Assembly: GCA_017442735.1 (NCBI GenBank)
Contig: JAFRZE010000072.1
Location: forward strand, 185,838 to 249,837
Direction: 5' to 3'
Length of the DNA: 64,000 nt
Origin: Bacillota bacterium
Lineage (GTDB): Bacteria; Bacillota; Clostridia; Lachnospirales; Bianqueaceae
Shown: positions 9,710 through 18,829 of the stretch, in pieces
How the letters are laid out: each line of letters starts with the position of its first letter
How positions within the stretch are numbered: position 1 is the first letter of the stretch
Program-made: the position numbers and the translations under genes
The notes under the pieces: model-generated
What the model saw: only the letters and a program-made list of their open reading frames with translations
Told to the model about the DNA's origin: nothing
The model's database searches: none

Positions 9710-11335
9710 TTATTCCATTTCATAACTCACAAAGGCGAAGCGTTTGGAGTCTGCTGCCCAGGAGTTGACATTGATGCTGCCCTGCCCGCCGAAGAAGGAG
9801 AGGATGCGGTGCTGGTTGGATCCGTCCGATTCCATGAGCCACAGTTCGACCTGCATATCCGGCAGATGTTCCGCCGGGCTCAGGTGCCCTTTATGGTAAG
9901 CCAGGTAGACCGCTTTCTTTCCATCCGGTGAGATATGCGCGAACCAGTTGTTCTTTTCGTTCTTGGTGATCTGGGTCTGTTCGGAACCGTCTTTCTTCAT
10001 CCGCCAGATCTGCATCAGGCCGCTGTTAGTCGAATTGTACCAGATATACTCACCATCCGGTGAATACTCGGGACCATCGTTGAACCCGCCGCCGGTCAGA
10101 CGAACTTCTTCCTCACTGCCATCAGCCGCGATCGTATAGACATCCACCTCTCTCTTTCCGTTTATCTCACGGAAAGCGCAGTAGGCCAGCGTTTTTCCAT
10201 CCGGCGACCAGCCGTGAAGGAAGCTGGGAGACTTCGGGGTGATCTGTCTGGGAACACCTGTCTCGAACGGGATGATATATACATAAGAGCCCCAGCCGGT
10301 CTTCATGACCGGTGTGTTGCTGACCGCGATCGCACTCTCATCCGCCGCCAGGACATGATCGTTATTGCAGCGTACGCAGTCGCCAGTTTCGACCTTGCGG
10401 ATCTCTCCTGTCTGCATACTATAGGCGTAGATCAATCCTTCACTGTTGAATACCAGTTCATCGGTCTTTTTCAGCCAGTTGGGCGCTTCGATCACTTTGT
10501 CGAAAGAAGCCAGTACTTTCACTTCGCCGGTCTCGATATCCATGACGTTCAGGAAGCTTTTCTGGTTTCTGGTCGATCCGGCCATACCCATATTCTGGTA
10601 GACTTCCTGCATTTCCTCAAAGAGATCGCCGGAGAAAACATCCTGATCCACGATGTGCGGAAAGCCATACGCTCTTGCGAAGGCAAAGCAGGCTTTGATA
10701 TTAACGCCGCCTTTTCCGACTACAACCGCTTTCTTTTCATCAGAGAAATCTTTATAATGGACCGCCGCGACGCGGTACTGATTCCGCTTCAGAAGCGCGA
10801 CTTCATCCTCTCCCGCATAATGGACCCAACCCACATCGACCTGGGCATAAACTCTGCCCTGACAAAGATCCAGCAGATATTCATAAGCGCTTGTTCCGCC
10901 TATCTTCGTTTCGATATCGCCGGACTCGTTGTGGATGAGCAGTTTCGCGCCGACTTCTGCCAGAGCGTCCGCGACTGTCATATACTCGATCGATGCTTTC
11001 TGAAGTGAAAGGATACTCATATCCTGCGGTGTTTTGACCACGATAAACCGAATACCGTACTGCTTGCAGAAATCACGGATATAGTTTGCTCTTGCCGCGA
11101 GATTCTGCGCGAAGAAATGGACGGAAATGATATCCAGACCCATTTCTTTGATCTTCGGATAGAGCGACTCAAAAACATCGACCGGCCAGATCGCTTTCTC
11201 CAGGCCGGGAATCGGATCCAGCGCCACACAGGGCTCGATGAAATTATATCCCATCCCTGCGATCTTTTTCAGGGTCTCCTCGGTATTTAACGGGCTGTTG
11301 TAGCATACACCAAATAACTGTGCGCCAAGAATCAT
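9710..11335 (-). CDS. Fusion protein: xylose-isomerase-like TIM barrel (sugar phosphate isomerase/epimerase family) plus C-terminal TolB/PD40-type beta-propeller
   Basis: The N-terminal ~265 aa has the AP-endonuclease-2/xylose-isomerase-like barrel pattern. The C-terminal ~260 aa carries repeated WSPDGK / YSPDGE / ISPDGK blades typical of TolB-like propellers. RBS AAAGGAGAC; lies 19 nt downstream of the Gfo/Idh/MocA gene. Confidence 0.7.
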   Translation of the reverse strand: MILGAQLFGVCYNSPLNTEETLKKIAGMGYNFIEPCVALDPIPGLEKAIWPVDVFESLYPKIKEMGLDIISVHFFAQNLAARANYIRDFCKQYGIRFIVVKTPQDMSILSLQKASIEYMTVADALAEVGAKLLIHNESGDIETKIGGTSAYEYLLDLCQGRVYAQVDVGWVHYAGEDEVALLKRNQYRVAAVHYKDFSDEKKAVVVGKGGVNIKACFAFARAYGFPHIVDQDVFSGDLFEEMQEVYQNMGMAGSTRNQKSFLNVMDIETGEVKVLASFDKVIEAPNWLKKTDELVFNSEGLIYAYSMQTGEIRKVETGDCVRCNNDHVLAADESAIAVSNTPVMKTGWGSYVYIIPFETGVPRQITPKSPSFLHGWSPDGKTLAYCAFREINGKREVDVYTIAADGSEEEVRLTGGGFNDGPEYSPDGEYIWYNSTNSGLMQIWRMKKDGSEQTQITKNEKNNWFAHISPDGKKAVYLAYHKGHLSPAEHLPDMQVELWLMESDGSNQHRILSFFGGQGSINVNSWAADSKRFAFVSYEME

Positions 11336-11354
11336 CGCTTTGTCTCCTTTTTAT

Positions 11355-12557
11355 TTATCTGAAGGTCATTCCATGATCCGCCAGTGTCTTCATCAGGACT
11401 TCAGACGGTTTCACCTCGACCCATCGGCCTTCTTCCGCGCTCTTCAGACAGGCTTCCACAATGCGGACCACATAATCCGCTTCCGTGAAAGTCGCGTAGT
11501 TGACTTCCGCACCTCTCAGCGTCCGGTAAAACTCGCTGATCGTATTTTTCAGCGCGTCCGCCCATCCTACGGAATGGCCGGAAGAAAGCTGCGCGTAACG
11601 TACCGCGTCTCCGCTCACCATATCCGGACCCGCGAAGCGTACGATATTACCGATCTGACGATGATTGATATCCAGCTTATCCGCGTATTCCTGCTGCCAG
11701 GTCATAGAATAGTTGGAACCGTCCACATCGACCTGAAGGTCATTCTTATGACCTCCGGCGACCTGCGACAGGGTTACCTGACCTTTGGTACCGTCATCGA
11801 ATTCAACGATGACAAAAGCGGAGTCTTCAGAAGAAATGTCTACCAGCTCATACTCTTCCGGTGCGGCCGTCTCAAAGGTCCTGACCTGTTTCAGAGGCTT
11901 TTTGCGCTGTGGGATCACGGTCTGCATATCGCAGAATACCTTAACGATCTTATGGCCTGTGACATACTGTGCCGTATCGAACCAGTGGGAACCGATGTCC
12001 GCGATCGTCCGGGAAACGCCGCCCAGCGCGGGAACGACACGCCAGTTATAATCTGTATCATACATCATCCAGTCCTGCAGGTAGTGGCCGCGGACCGCGT
12101 AGACTTTACCGACAGGACCAATCGGATCATTGATCTCTCCGTGGATCCGCTCATGCATTTCGCGGACCATCGCGTTCTGCCGATAGTTAAAGTTTACACC
12201 AGCTTTGGTTCCCTTTTCAACTACCAATCGTGCCAATTCTTCTGTTTCCTTACTGTTCATGCCCAGAGGTTTTTCGCAGTAAGCATACGCACCAAATTCG
12301 ATGACATCTTTCGCGATCTGGAAATGCGTGTTGTTGGGGGTACAGATGTGGACGACATCCGGTTTTTCCTTTTCCAGCATTTCCTTATAGTCGGTATACC
12401 ACGCGGGGATCGCCTGCTCTTCCGCCAGTTTTTTCGCGGATGCCTCAAACATCTCAGAGATAGCTACGATCTGTGTCCCGGGGATTCGACGGATCGCTTC
12501 CATATGCTGCTTTCCGATAAACCCTCCACCAATAACGGCTACACGTAAAGTTTCCAT
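11355..12557 (-). CDS. Gfo/Idh/MocA family oxidoreductase
   Basis: METLRVAVIGGGFIGKQHMEAIRRIPG Rossmann N-terminus; CEKPLGMN motif. RBS GGAGGT. Confidence 0.85.
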   Translation of the reverse strand: METLRVAVIGGGFIGKQHMEAIRRIPGTQIVAISEMFEASAKKLAEEQAIPAWYTDYKEMLEKEKPDVVHICTPNNTHFQIAKDVIEFGAYAYCEKPLGMNSKETEELARLVVEKGTKAGVNFNYRQNAMVREMHERIHGEINDPIGPVGKVYAVRGHYLQDWMMYDTDYNWRVVPALGGVSRTIADIGSHWFDTAQYVTGHKIVKVFCDMQTVIPQRKKPLKQVRTFETAAPEEYELVDISSEDSAFVIVEFDDGTKGQVTLSQVAGGHKNDLQVDVDGSNYSMTWQQEYADKLDINHRQIGNIVRFAGPDMVSGDAVRYAQLSSGHSVGWADALKNTISEFYRTLRGAEVNYATFTEADYVVRIVEACLKSAEEGRWVEVKPSEVLMKTLADHGMTFR

Positions 12558-12696
12558 AATCAGACCTCCAGTATAAAGATTGAATGATTTTTGTTCGTTC
12601 TTTTGATTGTTATTCTATCATTTGGATATAGAAAGACTCTATCACATTTATTCGATTTATGTTATAATCGTCACATCAATTCAAAGGAGCATCTTC

Positions 12697-13422
12697 ATGC
12701 CAAATCTTGAAAAACAGCTTCGTTATATGGAATTTGTCCAGCGGGAAGCCGGAGCCCGGCATCAGACTGTAGAAGAAGATAACCAAATCTGGGATTATAT
12801 CAAAGCAGGCGACCTTCGATCAGTCGAATCCCTGCGTTCCAATTACGCCCGGCAGCTTGCCGGCACCGTCTCCAAGGATCCTCTTCGCAACGCGAAATAT
12901 CTCTTTGTCGCCACCTGTACCCTGGCGGGAAGAGCCGCGATGTCTGTCGGAATGGAATCGGAAAGATCCAATACCGCCAGTGACCTGTTTATCCAGCGGG
13001 CGGACATGATGGATGATATTGATCAGATCCGTCAGTTGGAAGAAGAAATGATCCGTTTCTATACGCTGGAAGTCGCCGCACTGGATAAAAAATCTGTCTT
13101 TTCTCTGATTATCAGCCGCGCGCTGGATTATATCTACATGCATCTTCATGAGCCGATCACTGTGGAAGACGTCGCGGACGCTGTCGGGATCAGTCGTGGT
13201 TACTTTTCTTCTCTTTTTAAACAGGAGATGGGAATGGGTGTAGCCCAGTATATTCTGAGCAAACGTATGGAAGCTGCCCGCAACATGCTTCGCCATTCGG
13301 ACATGTCCTACGCGGAGATCAGCCAGATTCTGGCCTTCAGCTCCCAAAGCCACTTTATTGCCGTTTTCAAAAAGGTCAACGGTTGTACGCCGAAAGAATA
13401 CCGCATGAGGGAAGCACAATGA
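12697..13422 (+). CDS. AraC/XylS family transcriptional regulator
   Basis: C-terminal dual HTH (VEDVADAVGISRGYFSSLFKQEMG ... YAEISQILAFSSQSHFIAVFKKVNGCTPKEYR). Start at MPNLEK with RBS AAAGGAG. Its stop overlaps the MATE start (ATGA). Confidence 0.85.
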   Translation: MPNLEKQLRYMEFVQREAGARHQTVEEDNQIWDYIKAGDLRSVESLRSNYARQLAGTVSKDPLRNAKYLFVATCTLAGRAAMSVGMESERSNTASDLFIQRADMMDDIDQIRQLEEEMIRFYTLEVAALDKKSVFSLIISRALDYIYMHLHEPITVEDVADAVGISRGYFSSLFKQEMGMGVAQYILSKRMEAARNMLRHSDMSYAEISQILAFSSQSHFIAVFKKVNGCTPKEYRMREAQ

Positions 13423-14828
13423 CCAATCTGAACAATCGATTCAACTGGAAAGACTTTTTAAAGCGGCTGGCCGTCATCGCTATTCCGGTGGCCCTGCAGA
13501 ATCTGCTCACTACCACCGCCAGTATGCTCGATACCATGATGGTCGCCCCGCTGGGCGAACTATCTGTCGGTGCGCTGGGACTGTGCGCGCAGTTTTCCTC
13601 TCTGATGTTTTCCTGTTACTGGGGCTTTGTCGGGGGCGGCGGTCTTTTCTTCGCGCAGTACTGGGGATCGAAGGAAGATGACGGAATCGAACGCTCCTAT
13701 GGCGTTACTCTGTGCTTTATGATGTTCGTGGCGGTCACCTTTGCCTCGCTGGCACTATTCGCGCCGGAACTCATGATGCGCCTTTATACCGATAAGGAAT
13801 CGATCCGCGTGATCGGCGTCAAATATCTCCGGATCGTCGGCTTTGCCTATATCTTCCAGGTCCTGTCGATGTGTATGAGCGTCCTGCTCCGCTCGACTGA
13901 AAGAGTACGGATCCCGCTTTATGCTTCCATCGCGTCTGTCGCGACCAATCTCTTTCTGAACTATGTGCTGATCTTCGGACGTTTAGGCTTTCCCGCATTG
14001 GGGATCCAGGGTGCGGCTATCGCGACCGTTGCCGCAGCCGTTGTGAACGCGGCTGTCATCTATATCATCTCTGCTGCAAAAAAATATCCGTACCTGTTCC
14101 GGATCCGCGGTCACTTCCGCTGGAACCGAGAGTTCATCGCTCTCTATCTGAAGAAATGCTTCCCAATCATCTGTAATGAATTACTGATCGGTATCGGCAA
14201 CATGGTGATCAATATCACCTTAGGCCGTCAGCCGGAATATGTCATAGCGGCAGTTTCTGTCTTCCGTACACTGGAAGGTCTGGTCATCGGTTTCTTTGCC
14301 GGATTCACGAACGCCGCTTCCATTCTTGTCGGCAAGCTTGTCGGCGCGGGCGAACTGGACACGGCCTACGAGCGGGCGAAACGGCTGGTCTATCTTTGCA
14401 GCAGTGTCATTTTCTGTGTTGGGCTGATCATATTTGCCCTGCACAAACCGATCCTCACGGCCATGAGTCTTTCCGGACCCTCCTACGAGGCCGGAACGAT
14501 CATTCTGGCCATCTATCTGTTCGTTTCCATCATCCGTATGGGTAACTGGATCCATAACGATACCTACCGTTCCGCCGGTGACGCCGTCTATGGAACCGTA
14601 CTGGAAATCGTTTTCATGTACGTCATGCTGATGCCGGCTGTCCTTTTATCCGGCTTCGTCTTCCACGCGCCGTACTGGGTCGTGTTCCTCTGCTGCTATA
14701 TCGATGAACCTATCCGGTATTTCCTGATGCAGCGGCACCTCTATTCCGGCAAGTGGATCAAGCCGGTCACAGATGTCGGCAAAGCCGCTCTGCCGGCTTT
14801 CATGGAAAAACGGAAACGCACCGCCTAG
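13419..14828 (+). CDS. MATE family efflux transporter
   Basis: 12-TM profile with NorM/MATE hallmarks at the N-terminus (NLLTTTASMLDTMMVAPLGELSVGALGL). Start at MTNL with RBS GAGGGAAG. Confidence 0.8.
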   Translation: MTNLNNRFNWKDFLKRLAVIAIPVALQNLLTTTASMLDTMMVAPLGELSVGALGLCAQFSSLMFSCYWGFVGGGGLFFAQYWGSKEDDGIERSYGVTLCFMMFVAVTFASLALFAPELMMRLYTDKESIRVIGVKYLRIVGFAYIFQVLSMCMSVLLRSTERVRIPLYASIASVATNLFLNYVLIFGRLGFPALGIQGAAIATVAAAVVNAAVIYIISAAKKYPYLFRIRGHFRWNREFIALYLKKCFPIICNELLIGIGNMVINITLGRQPEYVIAAVSVFRTLEGLVIGFFAGFTNAASILVGKLVGAGELDTAYERAKRLVYLCSSVIFCVGLIIFALHKPILTAMSLSGPSYEAGTIILAIYLFVSIIRMGNWIHNDTYRSAGDAVYGTVLEIVFMYVMLMPAVLLSGFVFHAPYWVVFLCCYIDEPIRYFLMQRHLYSGKWIKPVTDVGKAALPAFMEKRKRTA

Positions 14829-15788
14829 TCATCTTTCCCTGTATTCTTTAGGTGAACAGCCATATTGTTCCCGGAAAGTACGGTAAAAATAGCTGCTGTT
14901 TTCATATCCGATCAGTTCGATGATCCGGTCTACCGACAGAGCTGTGTTTCTCAGAAGGTAATCCGCCTGCTGTAATTTCCGGGTCTGAAGCAGTTCTTTA
15001 AAATTCTTTCCCAGCCGCCTTTTGATCAGGCGGCTGATATAATATGTAGGCTGATGAAGTATTTCGCTGATCTCGGCCAGCGTACCGGACTGGTAGTGAT
15101 GGTCAACGTAATCCAGCACGGAAAAGACCAGGCTCTGTTCTATCTGTGCCGGATCGCTACGGCTGATTGAATCTGCAAATCGGGACAGGTTCATAAGAAG
15201 AAGTCCCATAGATGTCTGGTTGATCGTATCCATCATGGGCGTATGACCAATCAAGGTCCAGAGCATATTTTCGATGAGGTTCTCCACCGGAATGATCCCT
15301 TTGGCCTTGATATAAAGGTAATCCGTGAGCTGGTTCTCACCGGAGAGCGTACTGATAAGGAAATCCCGCAGCAGGTTCTCCCGTTCGATCATGGAGATCG
15401 GTCGGTCGAAGAATTCCGGAAGGATCAGGAAATTAACCGCGATATCCTTTTCCCCGGCAGGCAGGATCTCATGCGAGGCCTGTTGGTTCAGGAACAACAG
15501 ATCGCCTTCTTCCAGCACGATCGTTGTCTTTTTGTTGATGATATGTGTGATGCTCCCGGCGCACATATAGACGAGTTCCACATAGTTATGCCGATGGCTC
15601 GGAAAATAGACAAACCGGGTATGCGGCCGGATCTCGATCAGCTTTCCCTTTTCCAGAAGCAGCCTTGAATCGATGACAAAGTCACGGCCTGTCGTATAGA
15701 GTTCCTGATGGATCTCGGTATCCCCGGCAAGGATCTCCCTCTCTTCCGGTGTGATCTCACTGAGCTTTTCCAGTAATTCCTCTCTCAT
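14829..15788 (-). CDS. AraC family regulator (cupin sensor + HTH), probable rhamnose regulator
   Basis: N-terminal cupin-like domain (HRHNYVELVYMCAGS), C-terminal AraC HTH (YSPKEYR). Transcribed divergently from rhaB. RBS GGGAGGA. Confidence 0.75.
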   Translation of the reverse strand: MREELLEKLSEITPEEREILAGDTEIHQELYTTGRDFVIDSRLLLEKGKLIEIRPHTRFVYFPSHRHNYVELVYMCAGSITHIINKKTTIVLEEGDLLFLNQQASHEILPAGEKDIAVNFLILPEFFDRPISMIERENLLRDFLISTLSGENQLTDYLYIKAKGIIPVENLIENMLWTLIGHTPMMDTINQTSMGLLLMNLSRFADSISRSDPAQIEQSLVFSVLDYVDHHYQSGTLAEISEILHQPTYYISRLIKRRLGKNFKELLQTRKLQQADYLLRNTALSVDRIIELIGYENSSYFYRTFREQYGCSPKEYRER

Positions 15789-15933
15789 AAGACATCCTCC
15801 CTGTTTCTGAAACCTACTATATCATACTCTGCCGGAAAGTGCAAATAAGGTCCCTCATCTTTCTTGATGAGGACCTTTCTTTTTCTCTCTTGGAGAAGTA
15901 CAATGACATCGACAAGTGTAAAGGAGGTCATTT

Positions 15934-17388
15934 ATGGCAAAATACTCTCTTGCAATCGATATCGGCGCGTCTTCCGGACGACATATCCTGGGCTGTGTCC
16001 AGGATGGAAAGCTCGTACTGGAAGAGGTTTTCCGCTTTGATAACCGTCAGGTCCACCGAAACGGGCATGACTGCTGGGACGTCCAGAACCTCTGGGACGG
16101 GATCCTCGGCGGTCTGAAGGCCTGCAGTGCTCTAGGAAAGATCCCTGAAACGATCGGGATCGATACCTGGGGCGTGGATTATGTATTACTGGATGAAAAT
16201 GATCAGATGATCGGTGACGCTGTCGCTTACCGGGATTCCAGGACAGAAGGAATGGACAAAGTCGTGGATAAAATCATCCCTGTACAGAAACTTTATGAAA
16301 AGACCGGTATCCAGAAACAGCTTTTCAACACGATCTATCAGCTCGTTGCCCTGAAAAAAGAATCTCCTGAGCAGCTTGAAAAAGCCGCTTATCTGCTGCT
16401 GATCCCCGATTATTTCAATTTTCTGCTGACAGGGGTGAAAAAGCAGGAATACACTATCGCTTCGACCAGCGGACTTGTGAATGCACGTACAAAAGAATGG
16501 GATCTGGATCTGATCGATTCCCTCGGGATTCCGACCCGGATTTTTGATCATCTGTCGATGCCGGGTGATGTCGTTGGACATCTTCTTCCGGAAATCCAAG
16601 AAAAGATCGGTTACGATGCGACGGTTTTACTTCCACCGACCCATGACACCGGTTCCGCCTATCTGGCCGTCCCGGCTAAGGATGACTACGCAGTCTATCT
16701 TTCCAGCGGTACATGGAGCCTGCTCGGTGTAGAAAACACGGAGCCGATCACGACAGAAGAAAGCCGTCTTCAGAACTTTACGAATGAAGGCGGAGCCTGG
16801 TATCGTTTCCGCTATCTGCAGAACATCATGGGTCTGTGGATGATCCAGTCCGTCAGACGTGAACTGAACGGTACGGCCTATGTCCAGGGGCGTGTATCCA
16901 AATATACGGATGGACGTAAATGGAGTTTTCCGGATCTGGTCGAAGCCGCTAAAGGCGCACAGAGTTTTCCGTCCGTCGTTGACGTCAATGAAGATCGGTT
17001 CCTGGCGCCAGAAAGCATGATCGACGCGATCAAAGATGCCTGCCGCGAGTCGGGTCAGCCTGTTCCGGAATCTGTTGGCGAGATCATGCAGACCATCTAC
17101 ACAAGTCTCTCCCGCTGCTACAAAGAAGCCATTGAAGGCCTTGAAAAGCTGACCGGAAAGCATTATACCAGCATCAATATTGTCGGCGGCGGCTGTCAGG
17201 ATATGTATCTCAATCAAATGACCGCAAACGCGACCGGCCTTATGGTCTACGCGGGACCGGTCGAAGGAACCGCGATCGGCAATCTGATCGTTCAGATGAT
17301 CCGGCAAGGTCAGATCAGAGATCTCGCCGAAGCCCGTCACATCATAAGAAACAGTTTTGATATCAAAATCGTGTCTAAGGAGGACTAA
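15934..17388 (+). CDS. rhaB: Rhamnulokinase
   Basis: FGGY kinase; AIDIGASSGRHILG ... GIDTWGVDYVLLD ... AYRDSRTEGM closely parallels E. coli RhaB motifs. RBS AAAGGAGGT. Confidence 0.85.
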   Translation: MAKYSLAIDIGASSGRHILGCVQDGKLVLEEVFRFDNRQVHRNGHDCWDVQNLWDGILGGLKACSALGKIPETIGIDTWGVDYVLLDENDQMIGDAVAYRDSRTEGMDKVVDKIIPVQKLYEKTGIQKQLFNTIYQLVALKKESPEQLEKAAYLLLIPDYFNFLLTGVKKQEYTIASTSGLVNARTKEWDLDLIDSLGIPTRIFDHLSMPGDVVGHLLPEIQEKIGYDATVLLPPTHDTGSAYLAVPAKDDYAVYLSSGTWSLLGVENTEPITTEESRLQNFTNEGGAWYRFRYLQNIMGLWMIQSVRRELNGTAYVQGRVSKYTDGRKWSFPDLVEAAKGAQSFPSVVDVNEDRFLAPESMIDAIKDACRESGQPVPESVGEIMQTIYTSLSRCYKEAIEGLEKLTGKHYTSINIVGGGCQDMYLNQMTANATGLMVYAGPVEGTAIGNLIVQMIRQGQIRDLAEARHIIRNSFDIKIVSKED

Positions 17389-17390
17389 AG

Positions 17391-18812
17391 ATGTTAGTTG
17401 AAACCAAAGCCAAAGTCGGCGTATTCGCGATCGCGCTCGGCGCTTATCTGCCCCAGTTTCCTTCGCTCGTACCTGAATTCGAAGGACAGTATGAAGCTTT
17501 CAAGAAGACCTTGCCGACAAGTGTGGAACTGATCGATGGCGGGATCGTCACCACCAAAGAAAAAGCCATGGAAGCCGGTGACAAGTTCCGCGCCGCGGAT
17601 GTGGACCTGGTTATCCTGCAGATGCTGACCTATGCTACTTCCTACAACATGCTGCCGGTCGTCCGTGATCTGGATGTGCCAGTCGTTATCGTGAACGTAC
17701 AGAAGAAGAAGGCGCCGGATTACGCGAATACCGATACCGCTACCTGGCTGGGCGAGCTTTACGCATGCGGTGCGGTCGGTGAGATGGTCGCGGATCTGGA
17801 ACGCGCTGGCAAACGTCACGCAGTCATCACCGGCGTCGTAGAAGGCGGAGATCCCGGTGTACAGGCCGAGATCGAAGACTGGTGTAAAGCCGCGCAGGTG
17901 CGCCGTCGTTTCCGTGACACGAACCTCGCTCAAATCGGCCGTCCCTACCCGGGCATGATGGATCTGTATATCGATGAGACAAATCTTTACCACCGCATGT
18001 GGCTCTATACCAAGCAGTTCGACTGGGAAAAGATGTGGGCGATCGCCGACAACATCACCGATGAGGAAGCGATCCGCGCCAAGGCGCAGGACATCCTGGA
18101 CACCTTCGAGATCGAAGGCGGCGGCACCATTGAGAAAGTCTGGGATATGGCAAAGTACGTGGTCGCTTTCGAGCAGTGGGTCAAAGATGAAAAACTTGGT
18201 TTCGTCGCTTCCCACTATGACGGATTCGCCCAGGGTATCGCCGGTAAGCTCGATTCCATGCTGATCCCCGCATTCTCCATGCTGATCAAGCAGGGGACCG
18301 CCTGTGCCGTGGAAGGCGATATCAAAGTCGCCATGGCCATGAGCATTCTCAAGACCATCTCCGGTATGGGACAGCTTTCCGAGATGTATTCCATTGATTT
18401 CAATGAAGATATCTGCATCATCGGCCATTCGGGATCCGGAGATGCCGACATTTCCAAAGCCAAAAAGCCTACCATGAAGATCGTGCCTGTTTTCCATGGC
18501 AAGACCGGCGGCGGCTACTTAACGCAGTTCTATCCGACATCCGGTCCGGTCACTTATCTGGGCATTACACAGGATAAGGACGGCCATTTCAAGTTTGTCG
18601 TGGCAGAAGGAATCAATGAAGATGGTCCGATCTTTACCTTCGGCGACACCAACATGCGTACCCGATTTACGATCGGCGCCCGCGAATTCGTGAACCGCTG
18701 GTCCGAAGCCGGCCCCACCCATCATATGGCTGCCGCTTCCGGCCGTCATATTGATACTATTTTGAAAGTCGCCAAGATCTTCAATGTCCCGGTAGATGTC
18801 ATTACCCGATAA
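17391..18812 (+). CDS. Sugar isomerase of the L-arabinose/L-fucose isomerase (AraA/FucI) family, candidate non-orthologous L-rhamnose isomerase
   Basis: 473 aa. N-terminal KVGVFAIALGAYLPQF and central CAVEGDIKVAMAMSILKTISG resemble AraA YEVWFVIGSQHLYG / [21 protein letters not shown]. No similarity to RhaA. Sits between rhaB and rhaD. Confidence 0.6.
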   Translation: MLVETKAKVGVFAIALGAYLPQFPSLVPEFEGQYEAFKKTLPTSVELIDGGIVTTKEKAMEAGDKFRAADVDLVILQMLTYATSYNMLPVVRDLDVPVVIVNVQKKKAPDYANTDTATWLGELYACGAVGEMVADLERAGKRHAVITGVVEGGDPGVQAEIEDWCKAAQVRRRFRDTNLAQIGRPYPGMMDLYIDETNLYHRMWLYTKQFDWEKMWAIADNITDEEAIRAKAQDILDTFEIEGGGTIEKVWDMAKYVVAFEQWVKDEKLGFVASHYDGFAQGIAGKLDSMLIPAFSMLIKQGTACAVEGDIKVAMAMSILKTISGMGQLSEMYSIDFNEDICIIGHSGSGDADISKAKKPTMKIVPVFHGKTGGGYLTQFYPTSGPVTYLGITQDKDGHFKFVVAEGINEDGPIFTFGDTNMRTRFTIGAREFVNRWSEAGPTHHMAAASGRHIDTILKVAKIFNVPVDVITR

Positions 18813-18829
18813 ATCAGGAGGAAACAGAG

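Noticed and set aside
12560-12697. Candidate promoter with extended -10 (TGtTATAAT) for the AraC-MATE operon
   Set aside because: The -35 element is poor (TATCAC). Plausible but too weak to list as a confident feature.
17394-18497. 367-aa minus-strand ORF inside the AraA-family isomerase gene (and similar ORFs at 16627-17340, 46149-47066, 50266-51228, 59432-60400)
   Set aside because: All are Gly/Asp/His-rich shadow ORFs opposite well-supported genes. They have no RBS and no independent intergenic space.
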